Of a stretch of 64,000 nucleotides of DNA, positions 16,469 to 37,500 are shown one piece after another; within the stretch, counting starts at the first letter, position 1; each line of letters starts with the position of its first letter. Both the position numbers and the translations under genes were made by a program. Source of the DNA: Perkinsus olseni (taxonomy: Eukaryota). Location of the stretch: NCBI GenBank assembly GCA_013115125.1, contig JABANN010000130.1, positions 1 through 64,000 on the forward strand. Direction: 5' to 3'. Under the pieces are notes generated by a model. The model did no database searches and was not told the origin of the DNA. It was given only the letters and a program-made list of their open reading frames with translations.

Positions 16469-16623
16469 CACGCCAAGTCAACTGCCACAAATCTCAATCG
16501 AGCCCGGGAAGAAAAGCCCCCATCGATCAGCGATAACCGGTCTCTCTACCTCTTCTCCGCCGCATTTCACACCACAAAATAATACAACGGAAAAAAGTAC
16601 ATCACCACAGACAATTGTACATC

Positions 16624-19600
16624 TTAAGTTCGCCTTATACCTTCGGTATAGCTCACTTTCAAATGACTCAGATTCGTTCCCATCTGCGAGAAGAAGCTGG
16701 CGAAGTCGTAAGGCATCGACGCCGTAGCCTTTCCCTCCCCTGTTTTAGCGGCAGCAGGTTCGCTTGCAACCTTCGGTGTTGCCACACGGGAGTGGAGCCG
16801 GGCCCGACCGCTCGCCACCGGCAGCGTCGAGAATCGAGGGACCGATAGTTGCGCAAACGCCGGCTCACTATCGACTGTCGTCACTGAGGAATCCTCGGAG
16901 GCACCGTTTACCGCAGTGGTATTCTCCTCCAACTCACTGCGCAACGGTGCGAACAATAGTCCGCTCTTCGACTCTCGAAGGCCGCCATCTATTAATCGCA
17001 ATAGATCCGCGTTGTCTGGGCATTCTCGGGTTGCGCACGCCCTGATAATCGATAATACACGGCTAGTGGAGTTCGACCCCGCAGTCATTAGTGCTGAAGA
17101 TATCCTCCAAGCTGTCTGGTAGGGCGTGTCGACCTCGACGCGGGCGAGCAACTCCTCCTCGCACCATTCTCGAGTCGACTTCTCGCACACTCGTTCCATT
17201 GCCGAGGTGAGATCCTTGTCGGAAGAAACCGCCGCCACTATGAGCTCGCCAACTCCCTCCTCAGACCGGCAGGCGAAAGACGTTAGCGCAGAGTCATCAT
17301 GACTAAAGACACTGCCCGAAGATACCGAAGAAAAGATATTAGAGATATCTTTCTGTGCGCACAGCGAAGAGTCTTCTTGGTAACCCAGTACGGCACTGCT
17401 GTAAGCGGCCAAGTCCCTGGCATCTTCTGCTCTAGAGTCAGTCGACGGGGCCGCCAGAAAGGCTTCGCACCTCTCAGAGAGCCATTCTCCAACGGCGCCG
17501 ATAACCACGCTCCGAGGGTCCTCCCATAGCTGACTGTCGCACGCGGAAGATTCCAGATTCTCCACCGTAGCCTCAGCTAAATCGACGATCTTGCCAGACT
17601 TCGGCAATCCTCGCTTCAAGAGTACCATCCCAGCCTGCTGCAAGCACGACTCTATTGCAGACCACGCAGAGATCTCTGGCTCATCGGCGCTTCCCGTGAA
17701 GGTCCTCATATAACCTCCCAATCGATCGTGCAATCGATTTCGCAGCACCGCAAGGTCCTTCAAACCCGAGCATTTCTTCGCTTCGCGGACCACACCATCC
17801 AAAACCGCCTTCTTCCACTTGTCCTGCTGTTCTTGGGCTATGACAAACTTCCCGCGCGCCCCGAAATTCCCCACCTCCACAGGCAGCCCCTTCTGTCTCG
17901 CACAGGATACGATAGATTCGAGGTCGCACAGGCCGGAAGATGCCACATCCAATGTCGATTCCAATGCGCACAGCCGGTCGATCACAGACTGGCTGCTGCT
18001 CAGTATCAGATTTTCCCGCGCGCCCAAAAACTCTGATCTCAGCCGATCCACGTCACCCTCAGAGATCACTGCACCGTCGGTCTGCATGAGCATCAATACT
18101 GCGCAACACTCTTGCACCTCAGCAGCTGTTAGGTCGAGCGATCTGAGCGCCTGAGAACGGTACGACCTTCATCAAAAATAAGCCATAAACAGGCCTTAAA
18201 CTCTAGCCTGAATAAAGGCCGAAGAAGACGACGAAATATACTACTATCGAGTAGTCGGATCGAAATTCAGGATTGCGCCCTCAGTTCCACAAAATCTTTT
18301 CCCCGTAGTACGGGACACATCGATGCGGCATACCTGCTTGCAGGTGAGAACTATCGTACTGGGTACATCCTGGCCAGCCTTGTCTTGCTGCTTGAGTAGC
18401 GCCTCCACTGGTAGTTTCGTGTCCGGACACTGATCTCTCAATGACTCTATTCGCGATCGTAGGTGAGGTAAGTCCACCAGATAGCACCTGCCACGACGAG
18501 GTCACCTTTTTGAGCTTCCAGCATCAGTCATCCCATAAAATGCCGACCGCATACTGAAAAAATCTTCGTTCTTACATTCTACGGTTCCATCAAGAAATGG
18601 TCGCGTAAGCTTCCTACGCAATGCGTACATGTGTCACGAGTGTACAGAAAAACGTTCAAGCCGAATCTCGCTATACGGCAGAGGCTAGCTCTGTACGACC
18701 AATTCTCCTCTCTAGGTGCCTCCTGCTATACACGACGGTGAGACAACCGGTAAAACGCCATAGAACAGTAGGACCGACAATACTAAGCCCTGATGGAGGT
18801 CTTCCCGCTACTACCTAGCCGCACCAGCAAAATCCTTGTCTTCCATCATCCTCCACACCGCCTCGCTCATGTCCAGCAGCTTCTTCAGCTCCCTACCAAG
18901 CCCCAGCTCGGGGCTCACGTCCACCGGCTTATCGTCGTAAGAGTCCATCGGGGCAGAATATCGTGCAGCGTCGCAGGCGGCCGCGGACTCGCGGCTCTCT
19001 GTGGCGATCCGGGCCTGCGAAAAGACCACTGAACTCAACAACGTCAATCCACGGCATACTCTGCACGCCTATTATTGCCCCGAAGATAGCCATCCCTCGC
19101 CACATCTGGCTGCAGAAACTACTAACGCAGCCGAACAGAGAAGAGTGTAAGACGCTCGAAGCCCCCACAATACTCCCAAATTTTAAAACACTGCATGCAT
19201 CGGCGAGCACAACTTCGAAAAGTTAGTCATTCCAAGTGACCTACGAAGTTTTTATTACCGTATTTTCCATCAGCTGGCTTATCCCGAAATGCATTTTCTT
19301 AACATTATCGGTGCAAGTGATGAAGTCCCTGTAGTGCTCGGCCGTAACCTGCCGCAACTCCTCCCTCTTCTCCGCTACTTGCAGCCGGGTGGATGACAGC
19401 ACCGAACGCGCCGTTGAAAGAGGGTAATTCCTACGACAAGGACGTGCTCCGCTCCGCCGCCTTTGCCACTATTACTACCTGAACAAGTCGTCCACAGTCG
19501 CCACATTATGCAGCCGCAACAGGGGAGGCGGTGCATCCCTTCTACTATCCACCCCAGGTAAGCTCCGAGCTGGGTAGGCCGCGGTCCTGCTGCTCAGCTC

Positions 19601-19627
19601 CATCGAGCCTTTCCTCTCACCAACCAT
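16624..19627 (-). CDS. Vps51/Vps67-domain tethering subunit, probably COG1-like
   Basis: N-terminal VDDLF..KREELRQVTAEHYRDFITCTDNVKKM fits the Vps51/COG1 motif; long helical last exon of ~500 aa. Confidence 0.65.
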
Positions 19628-19830
19628 AGTGGACATAAAAATAGGCAAACTATTCCGACTTTCTTCCGTCCGCTCAGTGACGATCCCCAGCTCTATTGAA
19701 GAGAGTACGTAAACTCAAAGTCTCCTGTCGTACGCTACTCACTTCAGCCTTTGAGGCTATCTTGATAGAAAAACAGTAAATCGAGCCACGGCATATTTCG
19801 GAAAAAATTCAGCAACTTGACAGCTCGTCC

Positions 19831-21888
<2,058 letters not shown>

Positions 21889-22274
21889 GCTCGCTACTAG
21901 GACAACAGAGAAGGCACTGCCAAGCAACGACTCGACGTTCGATACACCGGAGCACCCGCGGACACCCAAGACACTGACGCTCGAATACGCTCGCCAAAAA
22001 ACATTAGTAAGGACGAAAAGGCATCCGAAATTTTTCAACTCAATTTCGGTTTCCAGCATCCGCTCTATCCACCTCGACAATGTACAACGCCGCCCAGCAA
22101 CAATTGATGCCAACACAACAACGTACTTGTAGTACACACGATGACTCCGACGGAACCATCTTGTTAGGAACAACAACAAAGTCACTGGTATTTAGCAGTA
22201 CCGTACTACTAAACAATCACCGTCGAGCAGCACCTCGCCGCAGCGGTGACACATTGGAGTCAGCCGACTACAGT

Positions 22275-23388
22275 CTACTGAGCTTCCTCCTTAGGGGCCT
22301 CCTTATCGTAACCATAAGGATTCTCACTCTGCCACTTCCAAGCATCCGTCATGATCGTTTTCATGTCACGAGTGGCCTCCCATCCCAACTCATTCTTAGC
22401 CAGAGCAGGGTTGCAGATAACACTGCCAAGATCACCGGGACGACGGGCGACAACCTTGTAGGGAATCTTTCTTCCCGAAGCTTCCTCGAGGCCCTCGATC
22501 ATCTCAAGCACGCTAGCGCCACGTCCAGTACCGAGGTTGTGAATATGAGCACCATGGACATCATCACGCAGAAGGTAGGTGACAGCCTTAACATGAGCAT
22601 CGGCCAAATCCATAACATGGATATAATCCCGGACGCCTGTTCCATCACGGGTGTCATAATCATTGCCGAAGACGTTGACGCAGGGGCGACGGCCGACAGC
22701 AACCTGCTGCACATAAGGCATCAGATTGTTGGGGCGACCGTTGGGGGATTCCCCGATGAGACCAGAGGGATGGGCACCAACAGGATTGAAGTAACGGAGA
22801 AGCTCAACCTTCATGTCCTTATCAGCAACGCAAACGTCCTCCATGATCTGCTCGGTCATGAGCTTAGTCTGGCCATAGGGGTTGATCGGCCCGAGGGCAT
22901 CAGTCTCGACAAGGGGCCTCTCCTGTGGCTTGTACACAGTAGCGCTGCTGGAGAAGACGACCTTCTTGCAGTCGTTCTTGATCATGGCCTCCAACATAGT
23001 GATGGTGCCGCTGATGTTATTATGGTAGTACTTAAGGGGCTTCTCGACGCTCTCACCGACGGCCTTGAAGCCGGCGAAGTGAATAACACAGTCGAAGTGC
23101 TCAGCAGAGAAGAGCTTTTCCATGGCAGCGGCATCACAGCAGTCGGCCTTGAAGAAGGGGACATCAACACCCGTGATGGTCTTCAGACGCTCGAGGACGA
23201 TCGGGTTAGAGTTGGACAAATTATCGAGGATGGCGCACTGAAAAGAACGATGAAATTTGAAGAGCAACAGCAAGAGGAAGGCTTACGTCATAGCCGGCCT
23301 GAAGGAGCTGCACGATGGTGTGCGAGCCAATGTAACCCATACCACCAGCGCATAGCACGCGACCCTTGCTGCTAGTAGAGACGGCCAT
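22275..23388 (-). CDS. galE: UDP-glucose 4-epimerase, copy 2 (single 5' intron)
   Basis: Same motifs in one long exon plus first exon MAVSTSSKGRVLCAGGMGYIGSHT. Confidence 0.95.
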
Positions 23389-23637
23389 AATAATAGGAAC
23401 GAAGGCGACAGGAAAGAAAGAGAACCTGAATGATGACTGAATACCTGTCCTGATTGCCGAGACAACAACAGCACCGAGCAACAACGGTCACTGCGAGAGA
23501 CGCTTTCGACTCGGCGGAACCTCGGCAGCATTTACCGACTATACACTACTACGATTACTATCAGAGCAACAACGTAAATGCGCTTAGGCTAGCACACAGG
23601 ACGAAGCTGCGGTCCTTGGTTCCACCGGCCAAAACGA

Positions 23638-23694
23638 CGGAGCGAAGCGATTCGTATTGCGCAACTTTCGCAGCGGAGCGAAGCGATTCGTATT
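23638..23694. repeat. 21-bp direct repeat CGGAGCGAAGCGATTCGTATT x2; a 16-bp copy at 25550-25565
   Basis: Exact copies at 23638-23658 and 23674-23694. Confidence 0.85.
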
Positions 23695-24163
23695 TGACAA
23701 CTTCATGTTGAAGTACCGCAACCCTCGCTCCTTTTTATTGGTTTCTCGACGGGTTCCCCAATGCACGAAGCAGCGAGATGCTCAGGACGTTCATGCGGAT
23801 CTCTTTCGTGGCTTGGAGTTCGCCTAAGAATCCTATCATTGCATGGCAGGTGTATTAAATCGAATTTTGCTTGGTCCATCCGTGTTCTCCATCTTGCGCT
23901 GATTGATGAGTGTGAGGATACTGTGGACAACGATGCCAACCGGGACCTATGGAACCCAGCTGCGAAGGGGGCGATCATACATAGTAGCATTATAGCCCAG
24001 CCCTGCCGTTATAAGCGCCATTGCCTTTGGAATTGCCTCTAGCTCGCTCCTCGTTCTGTCCACTGCGTGTGATGCTTCCGGTGTGACTAGTAGAATGCTA
24101 TGAAGTCGTTGGCAGTAGTCTCATTTACCCATAACCCCGTACAGGGGTCGTACAGTGCCCATC

Positions 24164-26779
24164 ATGAATCTCATCCAGAGCGTCAAACGGCGGGTATCGA
24201 GAGACCGGCTCAGCGGCTCATCTCCCTTCAGGAGTAGCAGCGCCAGCCCCTTCCCATTGTACAGGTCCATCCTCTCAGGTAAGTCTGCTGGGGGCCGATC
24301 CTCCCTGTCGTCCACTGATGGTTCGCCGCCAGCTAAGACCGGCATGAACGGTTCAATGACCAGCAGGAGGACAGAAAGGGATCTGGTGAGTCCTCGGGCG
24401 GTCTTGACAAAGCATAGTAGTTTCGCTTCGACTAGATGCTCGACAAGCTAGCTGAGGATCTCCCTGCAAGAGCTATCCTATACAGCCATGATACAGACAA
24501 CCCCTTCGCTGGGTTACCATCACTGCAAGGTGGTACGCCATCAGCGGCCCAACTTGTGGACTGTTTCTCCTTCAGAGACACCCTTTGCGGACCAGCAGTT
24601 GGTGCTTCGATTGAAGCTCCGGGCTTGCCGTGTTGTCTTCCACTTCCATGACGAGACTTCATTCTTTCGAGAGAAGGAGGCCAAGCGTCAGACGCTGCTG
24701 GATATTTTAGAGTGGGTACTTGGTCGCCTCATACAGAGGCGACCGAGGTTTCTCTCGCGTCAGCCTTTTCCACTGTGTAGTTCATCGTTCGCAATTTGTA
24801 CTTGTACTGCCTGCTCCTTTCGAAGGTTTATAAATCAAGCGAGGAACTGCTATGATGACAAGGTTGCCGCGGAAATCGTGGCTATGACGGCTGCTAACAT
24901 GTTCCGCACGGTAGTATGACGGGTGAGATGCGTACACCAGCTGGAGGCTGCAAAAGTGAGAGCACTGATGGAATTGGGATTGAGAGTTTATAAAGAAATA
25001 TCCAGTGAAAGACTGTGGACATGCCGGGAATCGAACCCGGGGCCTTCTGCATGCGAAGCAGACGTGATACCGCTACACCACACGCCCAGATGAAAATTCA
25101 TCTGGTTCACCGGGCTCATCTCCATACTTTCTCAGTTACCACCTCCTCGGGTTCAAAACCCAATGGCCCTATTCGATTTGGAAGAGGACGAGCCTGTCCT
25201 CGACCAGTCCTGGCCCCATTTGCAAATAGTGTAAGAATCTTCCGACACGAGGCGAGCCAGGTCGAACATCAGATATGAGATATTCTTTCGGTTCATCGTG
25301 TCCAATGAAGTTGACCCTCGATCCTTAAGAAAACACATAGATCAGAATTTCATATCCAGGTGGGCGTGACTATGGACGGTCCTTCCACGCCTTCCCTTGC
25401 CTTTTCCCTTGTGCAGGTTTCTCGCTACTTTTGAATCCGACGATGCCCGGGAGAGGGAGTATCTTAAAACTATCTTGCACCGTATTTATGGTAAGCGGCA
25501 TTACTCGACGATTGCGTCCTCTCTATAGTGTTATGGTCGCAGGTCGCGGCGGAGCGAAGCGATTCATGTTGTGTATTTGTCTCTTGGCAGGTAAAATGAT
25601 GGCCATGCGAGCGTTCATCCGCCGCTCACTACAACATTTCCTCATGCGTATCACCAGCGAATCTGCCGGGCACAATGGCGTCGCCGAAATACTGGAGATT
25701 TTGGGCTCGATAATTAATGGCTTTGCCCTCCCTCTCAAGGAAGAGCATAAGCTCTTTCTTGAGAAGTGTCTAATTCCCCTGCACACCGTAAGTCGGCTCC
25801 TCGGCGCGGCATGACGACAGCAACTCGTCAGGCTCGGTCGCTCAACGCCTTCTCCCAGCCACTCTCCTATTGCATAGCACAGTACGTTGAGAAGGACTCC
25901 AGGCTCGCAACAACGGTTATCAGAGGTACTATGCGTTATCCTTGTCGGGAACCTACTTGTATCGCGCAGGACTTCTCCGTTTCTGGCCTGTAATCAGTCC
26001 ATCTAAGGAGGTCCAGTTCCTGACTGAAATGGAGGAGATCCTTGAGGTACCTCTGTTCATCATAGATCAACTCGCTACATCATCTCAAAGATGCGGCATC
26101 CGCGTTGGGTAGTTCATAGGAATTCCGCAGGCTTGGTGTCGAACTACATGAACTGTGAAGGTCCGGGTGTGAACTGCAGAAGGAACTTCCGGTACTCCAC
26201 CCGTTTCGCTCTCCCTTTCAGCTCACTCAACCGCCAGAGCTCGACGAGGTCAAGTTCGAGCTCTTCAAAAGACTCGCCAAATGCCTCGTCAGCCCGCATT
26301 TCCAGGTGGCTCGACTAGTCGACTAGAGTCACGTCATCTATCATCGATGAACTGCAGGTTGCCGAGAGGGCCTTGTTTTATTGGAATAACGATGTGCTCG
26401 TACGAATCATCAACGATAACCGGCGGATGATCTTCCCTATAATTGTTGGCCCGTTGTGAGCTCTACACGGTGAGAAGCTACGTGTGCATGCGTGCTGAGC
26501 GAGGTACGATAATTCGCTCACTCACTGGAATAGCACAGTACACGGGCTCACCTGCAACGTGATGAAGTTGTTGATGGAAGCGGACCCTCCACTATTTGAT
26601 TCCTGCAGCGCCGCTCACCGAATGGAGTCCGGCAAGTAAGAAGATGTGGTGGCGACCGTGGCAGGCGGCATCTCAGGTCGGACGCGAGTGAATCGCTACG
26701 GGCCTCGCGATGGAAGCTGCTGGAGGAAAACTATCAAGTGATTGCAAGATTGCAAGATGACAGAGCAATGGCGGGATGA
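24164..26779 (+). CDS. PPP2R5: Protein phosphatase 2A regulatory subunit B' (B56)
   Basis: [89 protein letters not shown]; 3' end approximate. Confidence 0.95.
25016..25087 (-). tRNA. tRNA-Ala(CGC), antisense inside a B56 intron
   Basis: GGGCGTGTGGTGTAGCGGTATCACGTCTGCTTCGCATGCAGAAGGCCCCGGGTTCGATTCCCGGCATGTCCA folds as a full cloverleaf. Confidence 0.95.
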
Positions 26780-27757
26780 TTATCCCGCGAACAATTCGTG
26801 AGTCCGACGAGGCGGTAGCTCGGATGATGCGCTGGCTCCACGTGAACTAGACGCCGCTGGGGGCGTCCTCTTCACAACCATTTGTCGATCGCTGCTTCTC
26901 GCCTACTGAGTAGCACGCAGACACACAGCTCAGGAACTAGTGATGGCTGGTGATATCTTCCTCTTTAGGTTGAACACGATGGTGGTGGTGGTGGTGGTCG
27001 CCGTTTGTACTGTTGGCCTCGCTGCTGTGGCTACCGGAAGCTCTCATATGACTTCACATCACCATGTGTGTACTTTCTCGTAACTTGTTGTGCAACCGTG
27101 CAACTTCTCATGTAACGTTTTCTCAGCAGTTTGCAAGCCTCCCTGTTGTGTTCGGCCTCCGCATCAATGCTCATCACCGGATTGCCGTATACACGAATGC
27201 GGCTGGTTTTGATCACTGGGCTGTGTGCTACCTTGACGGGGTCGAGTCGCTAGGGATCAATGACGCGCAGGGCTATCAGCTAATTATGGCGTGATCCGAA
27301 TGCTCGATCGTCACAACTCGTAAGACGTAGAAAATGAGAAGGCGTGTAGAGGTATTGGCATCAGCCGTTCCGAACGCAACGTGTGAAGGGTCCCATTCAC
27401 CGCCGTACCTGGCACAAAGTAGCGCGGTTCAACCATGATAGTTGATAACCAACCGATGGCTAAGGACCGCATATGGTGACGGGGCGGAGGGCTCTCGGCT
27501 AGCACAACCCGGCACGCGTGCATTGTAGAAGTCTTCCCTCCACGGGGGGACAGGAATGCGAACTGATTAGCCACACAGAGACCAGCATAGCTTCCGATGG
27601 ATCGCATTGGGGATGGAAGGCTCGACTTCTTCGAGCCTGTGAATGCAATGCGGGCTCATGTAATTTCCGTCCGATGGCCGGGGGCGTCACCCATACGCGT
27701 AGACAGGGCGACTGTCCCGAATTGTTTAATTCATTGACCGCGAATAGCTTCTTCTGA

Positions 27758-30114
<2,357 letters not shown>

Positions 30115-30635
30115 TTGATCCAAGGGCTACTCCATGGCCGCAGAGTAAAGAGTTTCTTATCAGTTAAAGTTGCGTTCAAAGTTAAAGAGGAGGCTTCCCA
30201 CGCTACACACAAATTCTTTAGCGCGAACTACGAGATAGATCAAGAGCCACTCATAAAGCTGTTATACAAGCCTCATTGCTTTGCAGCCATCACAAGCCAA
30301 CACCAACGCATGAGGGCCATGACTCTCGGTACTCGAACACACACGACCACAGTATGATTTAGAGGGGTACAATTCTCACAGAGCCAATCCGAAACGGGTG
30401 TAACCCTAGGGAATACGATGGTCATGTGCAAAGAACGGCAGACGGGCACGCGGAATGTCGCCGTACAGCAGCCGTGACGTGGCTGTTGTCACGTGACGCT
30501 CACCGATGGTCCATGAACAACAGATTGGACACCGCTACAGTGACAGGGACACCACTACTGTAAATAGAGGAATTCGATGATTCATAGAAGTCGAGCTGAC
30601 TGGCTATCTCACCAACCGCGAATAGCTTCTTCTGA

Positions 30636-33382
<2,747 letters not shown>

Positions 33383-34581
33383 CTGGCGAAGTGGTCGCAA
33401 ATACCCTGATTGTGATCAGGGCTTAACAAGCTGAGTTTTTTTAATCTTTGATTACGCAATAGACGATTCTGCACACTCGTACCTCTTTTCGTACGTGCTC
33501 GCAAGTAGGCATACTCTGCTGGTACTCGCACATCCGGTACGATTGGTTTTGCCAGTCTACGCTAAACTCTCTTCACGAGATAGCCTCGCTCACGTTACAC
33601 CAGTCAGGGGGCAGCAAAGTTCTTCCCTGGCCACACTAGAGCTTCTCCATTCATTGATTGCTCCGAGTTCGATATGGGAGGCGAATGGTAGTTATTATTC
33701 CACGCCAGACGTTGTTTAATGAGGATGCTACAGACACTTTACCAAAATGTAAAGTGCGTGAGACACCGCGTATCGTTATGTCAAATAGTTCAGCTCCGAT
33801 CATGTCCAACGAGCGCTCCAGGTTGATTGAACCATTCGCTGGTTGGTCGGCTACTTACGCCCGTTGTTGCAGGAGAGAGAAGCAGCAGCAGCAGCCGCAT
33901 TAAGGACGAGTGGTCTCTTTGAGTTCGGCATCATTGTGCTGTGTATCGGCATTCAAGCCATGTGAGCAGCAAAACGCGGCTCTCTAGCTATGACTTTCGT
34001 AGCGTGATCTAATTGAAGATAATGAGTACTTAGTGTACGATGATGAGTGATGCAGGATAATCGTATCAACTCATTTCAGTGTGTAATCTCGTACTCAATA
34101 GTCTCATCTTCCTATGGATTCTTCATCGAATTTGCGTTTACGGAGTGGTGAAGATCGTGAGCCTCGGACATGGAAGTCTTGAGATCGGTAGCAAGATAGC
34201 AGGAAGAGCTCCCAGCCCCATGTATAGCTGTGAGTCTCTGTGGCCGTCGTCGCTTATCATCGGTCCCTGCTCACCACAAGGACCATTCCTTATGAGTATC
34301 AGTATGGGGAAGGCTGGAGTTAATACTCATCGGCAGAGCGAAGGAAGAGCGCTCCTAGGGCGTCTATCACTACCGATAGACAAGAATGGCGCTGTCGAAA
34401 GCCTCATCACAGGCGGCACTCGTGACCCTTCGCGTGTGACATCGTTATTGCACTAAACATCACATCGTGATGATCGCAGCAGTTTACCCCATGTCGAGAT
34501 AGCACTTGAGGATGCGCGTTCACTACTACTAAGCCGAACTAAAGGTGTTCTGTGAGACAGGAAGGCACAACACTATGACAG

Positions 34582-37500
34582 TCAACGCATGTTGCTCGAC
34601 TCTGGGTGAGGATACCCTACTCGCTGTGATGGGGCCTCCAAACCTGCAGGTCGAAATGATGACACAAGATGTGTAGTGGTATCCATGCTTTGTTGCTGTG
34701 CTCTTCTGAGACGCATGACCAAGTCGTACACTTCCTTATGACTGTGCTTCACCTTCGACGGTGTACCACCTACGGACACGCATCGTGAATCGAGCAGCGA
34801 TGGACATTTTCCTAAGGCGTACTTGCGCTCTGCTCGGGCGCATGTCGCGATCGGCGAGGAAGAGGTACGCTCAGACCAGAGCTGCTCTTGACTTTCCAGT
34901 CGGATGTCCCTAGAGAGCTCGCAGAAGCGTCGCAAACCGCCGGGACCTCCTTACCCGGCTGGGAGCTCGTTTTCCGTGAACGGGTATGACCCGGAACCGC
35001 CATGCTCCCTGCAGTCTCCCGGCCGGCCTCTCGATCCTCGTGTCCTGACGCTGCGAGCTCAGCGAGAAAAGTACGTAACGGCTCTTAGGCTTGGCACCTT
35101 CCGTCCGTATGGAAGCCTTTCTCATGCCATCCTCTTGCTCATCCGCCCGCCTCGCCCTATTGGACCGTCTTCGTAGTAGCCAAGCAGTGAAAGTCCCCAC
35201 CTTGCAACACACGGACCTCGGAATTCCACCGTCTTTCTCTGCTCCCGGCCTGCTTCCTGCAATAGTAATCGAGGTGGCTTCTCGAGTGCGGCCATCGATC
35301 GTTGCCCACATGTCCGTCACTCGGCCGTTCACGTTCTGCGATTCTCTCGTAGCACCTGGACTATGGTTAGTTCCAATTGGCAGCAGCAATTGCTGCACGC
35401 TCTAGATCGGAGCACTCACTCCCGAAGTTCATCCGAGAGGGCCTCCAATGCTCGCTCAGCCTTCTCTCTCACTGCGGCATGTCCAGGAACAGCATGCAGA
35501 GCAGTATGCAGGATTTCGATGGCTCCCTTTTCTGCTAGCTCGGACCCGCCGTCGCGGCCTAGAATGCCAATCGAGGATATAACCTAGACGCATAACGCAA
35601 GAAATAAAAAGGCTGACTCATCTCACTGGTGGTTAACGATCTCACCTCGAGCATCGTTTGAGAGTCACTTGGAGCACACCTAGCAGCCTTGACGATGACA
35701 CTCGCCCCACCGGAGTTGATGACAGCTTCTCGAGACGCTCGATTCACCTGCCTCGTAAGTCCTCCTCACAGAGCTCAGTAAGTGCAACCGTCCGGGCAGA
35801 AGCGGTGCCGCATCAGCAATCGTAATGAACTCATCATGCTTAGCGAGGGCTGTGATGCTACCTGTGCGATGCGGTTCACCAGGTAGACCGCGACGAGGGG
35901 GAACTCAAAGTCAGTCTCGTCTTCGATGCAAACGGAGGTAGAAGATGCCAGCCGGGCACCTGTAGCCCCCGGAAAAACACACTTGGTTTCACTTTCCGCG
36001 GCCCACCTGCCCTGGACCCCACTTTCGACGGCGATTCCGTGGACAGGGCGCTCAATCTCATCTTGCAGTCTTCGAGATGTTTCTCAGCCGAGGACAGCAA
36101 ACCTGTGAGAAAATCGGTCGCCCCTCGCCCATACGTACAAGCCTGATCGTGCCCACAAGAGCGTCTACAGACCTCGTGGATGGCCCACCCGCGACTGCAT
36201 TGCTCTGCATCACCTCCTCGACCATCTCTGGCACCAGAGCCAGTTCTGCTATCGCTTCTATCGCTATCCGTCCGTCGGGCAGCCTAGCATAGAGTAGGTC
36301 CCAAGCCCTAGAGGCACATTCTACGCAGCTCACTGGAGCATAGACAGGAGCATCGACGCCACCCCTAGGCGGCATAGCTCTCGCCCGACATTGGGAACTC
36401 CTCTAGCAAGGCTGGCCACGGACGCCGCAGCTGCAGCCTGATGTGTAGGCCACCTCGCTCCTCCGAGTACTTGCGTTGGCAACCGACCTTTAAGCTTGGG
36501 TCCTCGCTCGCCAGCATCTCGACAGCTATCCGGAGTATGTCGGTGTTGGCAACCATACCCGCCTTCAATCTCATATTCGTAGCAAGATGGGCCACCACCC
36601 GCATGCGACCACAACGGACTCCAACACTGGAAAGATTCTACGTTGATCTCGTAAAGCGCTCGCCTACCTGTGCCTGCCACTGCGTAAGTTGCACACGATG
36701 GCCGGTACGCCTACAGCGACCAGCCTCTCAACAACTTCATCATCGTCCAGGCTGACTTGAGTGAGGCCCCAAAGGGCGTGCTCCAGTACGGTGGCCTCCT
36801 CAGAGGTCAGCAGACGAGAGAGTGCCGCCACTAACTTGAACGTGTACTCGACGCCTGCTCCGTGGCAAGCAGCCAGGCTAGAGACAAGCCACGCTGCATG
36901 TGATCGCACCGAGAGGGGTCCTCCAGTCGCTAGCTGCACGAGAGAGGCCAACGCTGAGGGAGCATCGCCGTCTAGGTCGACCAGTAGCCTCCGGAATGAC
37001 GGGTCAGGACGAGCAAGAGCGTAGATGAGCTCGATGATGGCACAGCGACTGGCTGACGCGTTTTCTCGGCGCAGCAGAGAGAATACTGTTCGCGCGTGCA
37101 TCTCCTCCCTGAGAGTAGATGCAGCTCTGTGGTCACGGGCTAGCTCAAGGAGGAAGCCCGTAATACGAAGCGTCGTCTGCTGGTCTGTCGTCGGGCTGGT
37201 GAGCAACGCCAAGGACTTCTCGATCAAGGTCGAGCTCGCGAGGTTCTCCATGGTCTCTGGAGATGTACAGCCCAATTGCAGAGAGGCGAACAGCCTCGGT
37301 AGCGTCCGCTGGTCAGCTGCTGTGAGGGCGGCTTCTACTACGGAGGGGCTCAGAATGCCCTTAACGTGTATGACGCTCCTTGAGGCCTCCACTCTGGCTA
37401 GCTCTTGAACGAGACCGACAGCTTCATGAAGGATCTCCGCGGTGGTGGGGGGAGATAACATGCCCACCATTGAACCAGCCAGGTGCTCGTAGTCGCCTCG

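Noticed and set aside
22080-23375. 431-aa plus-strand ORF
   Set aside because: Antisense shadow of the nearly intronless GalE copy 2
25015-25278. 87-aa [14 protein letters not shown]..
   Set aside because: Translation of the antisense of tRNA-Ala; the same applies to ORFs at 63020 and 63641
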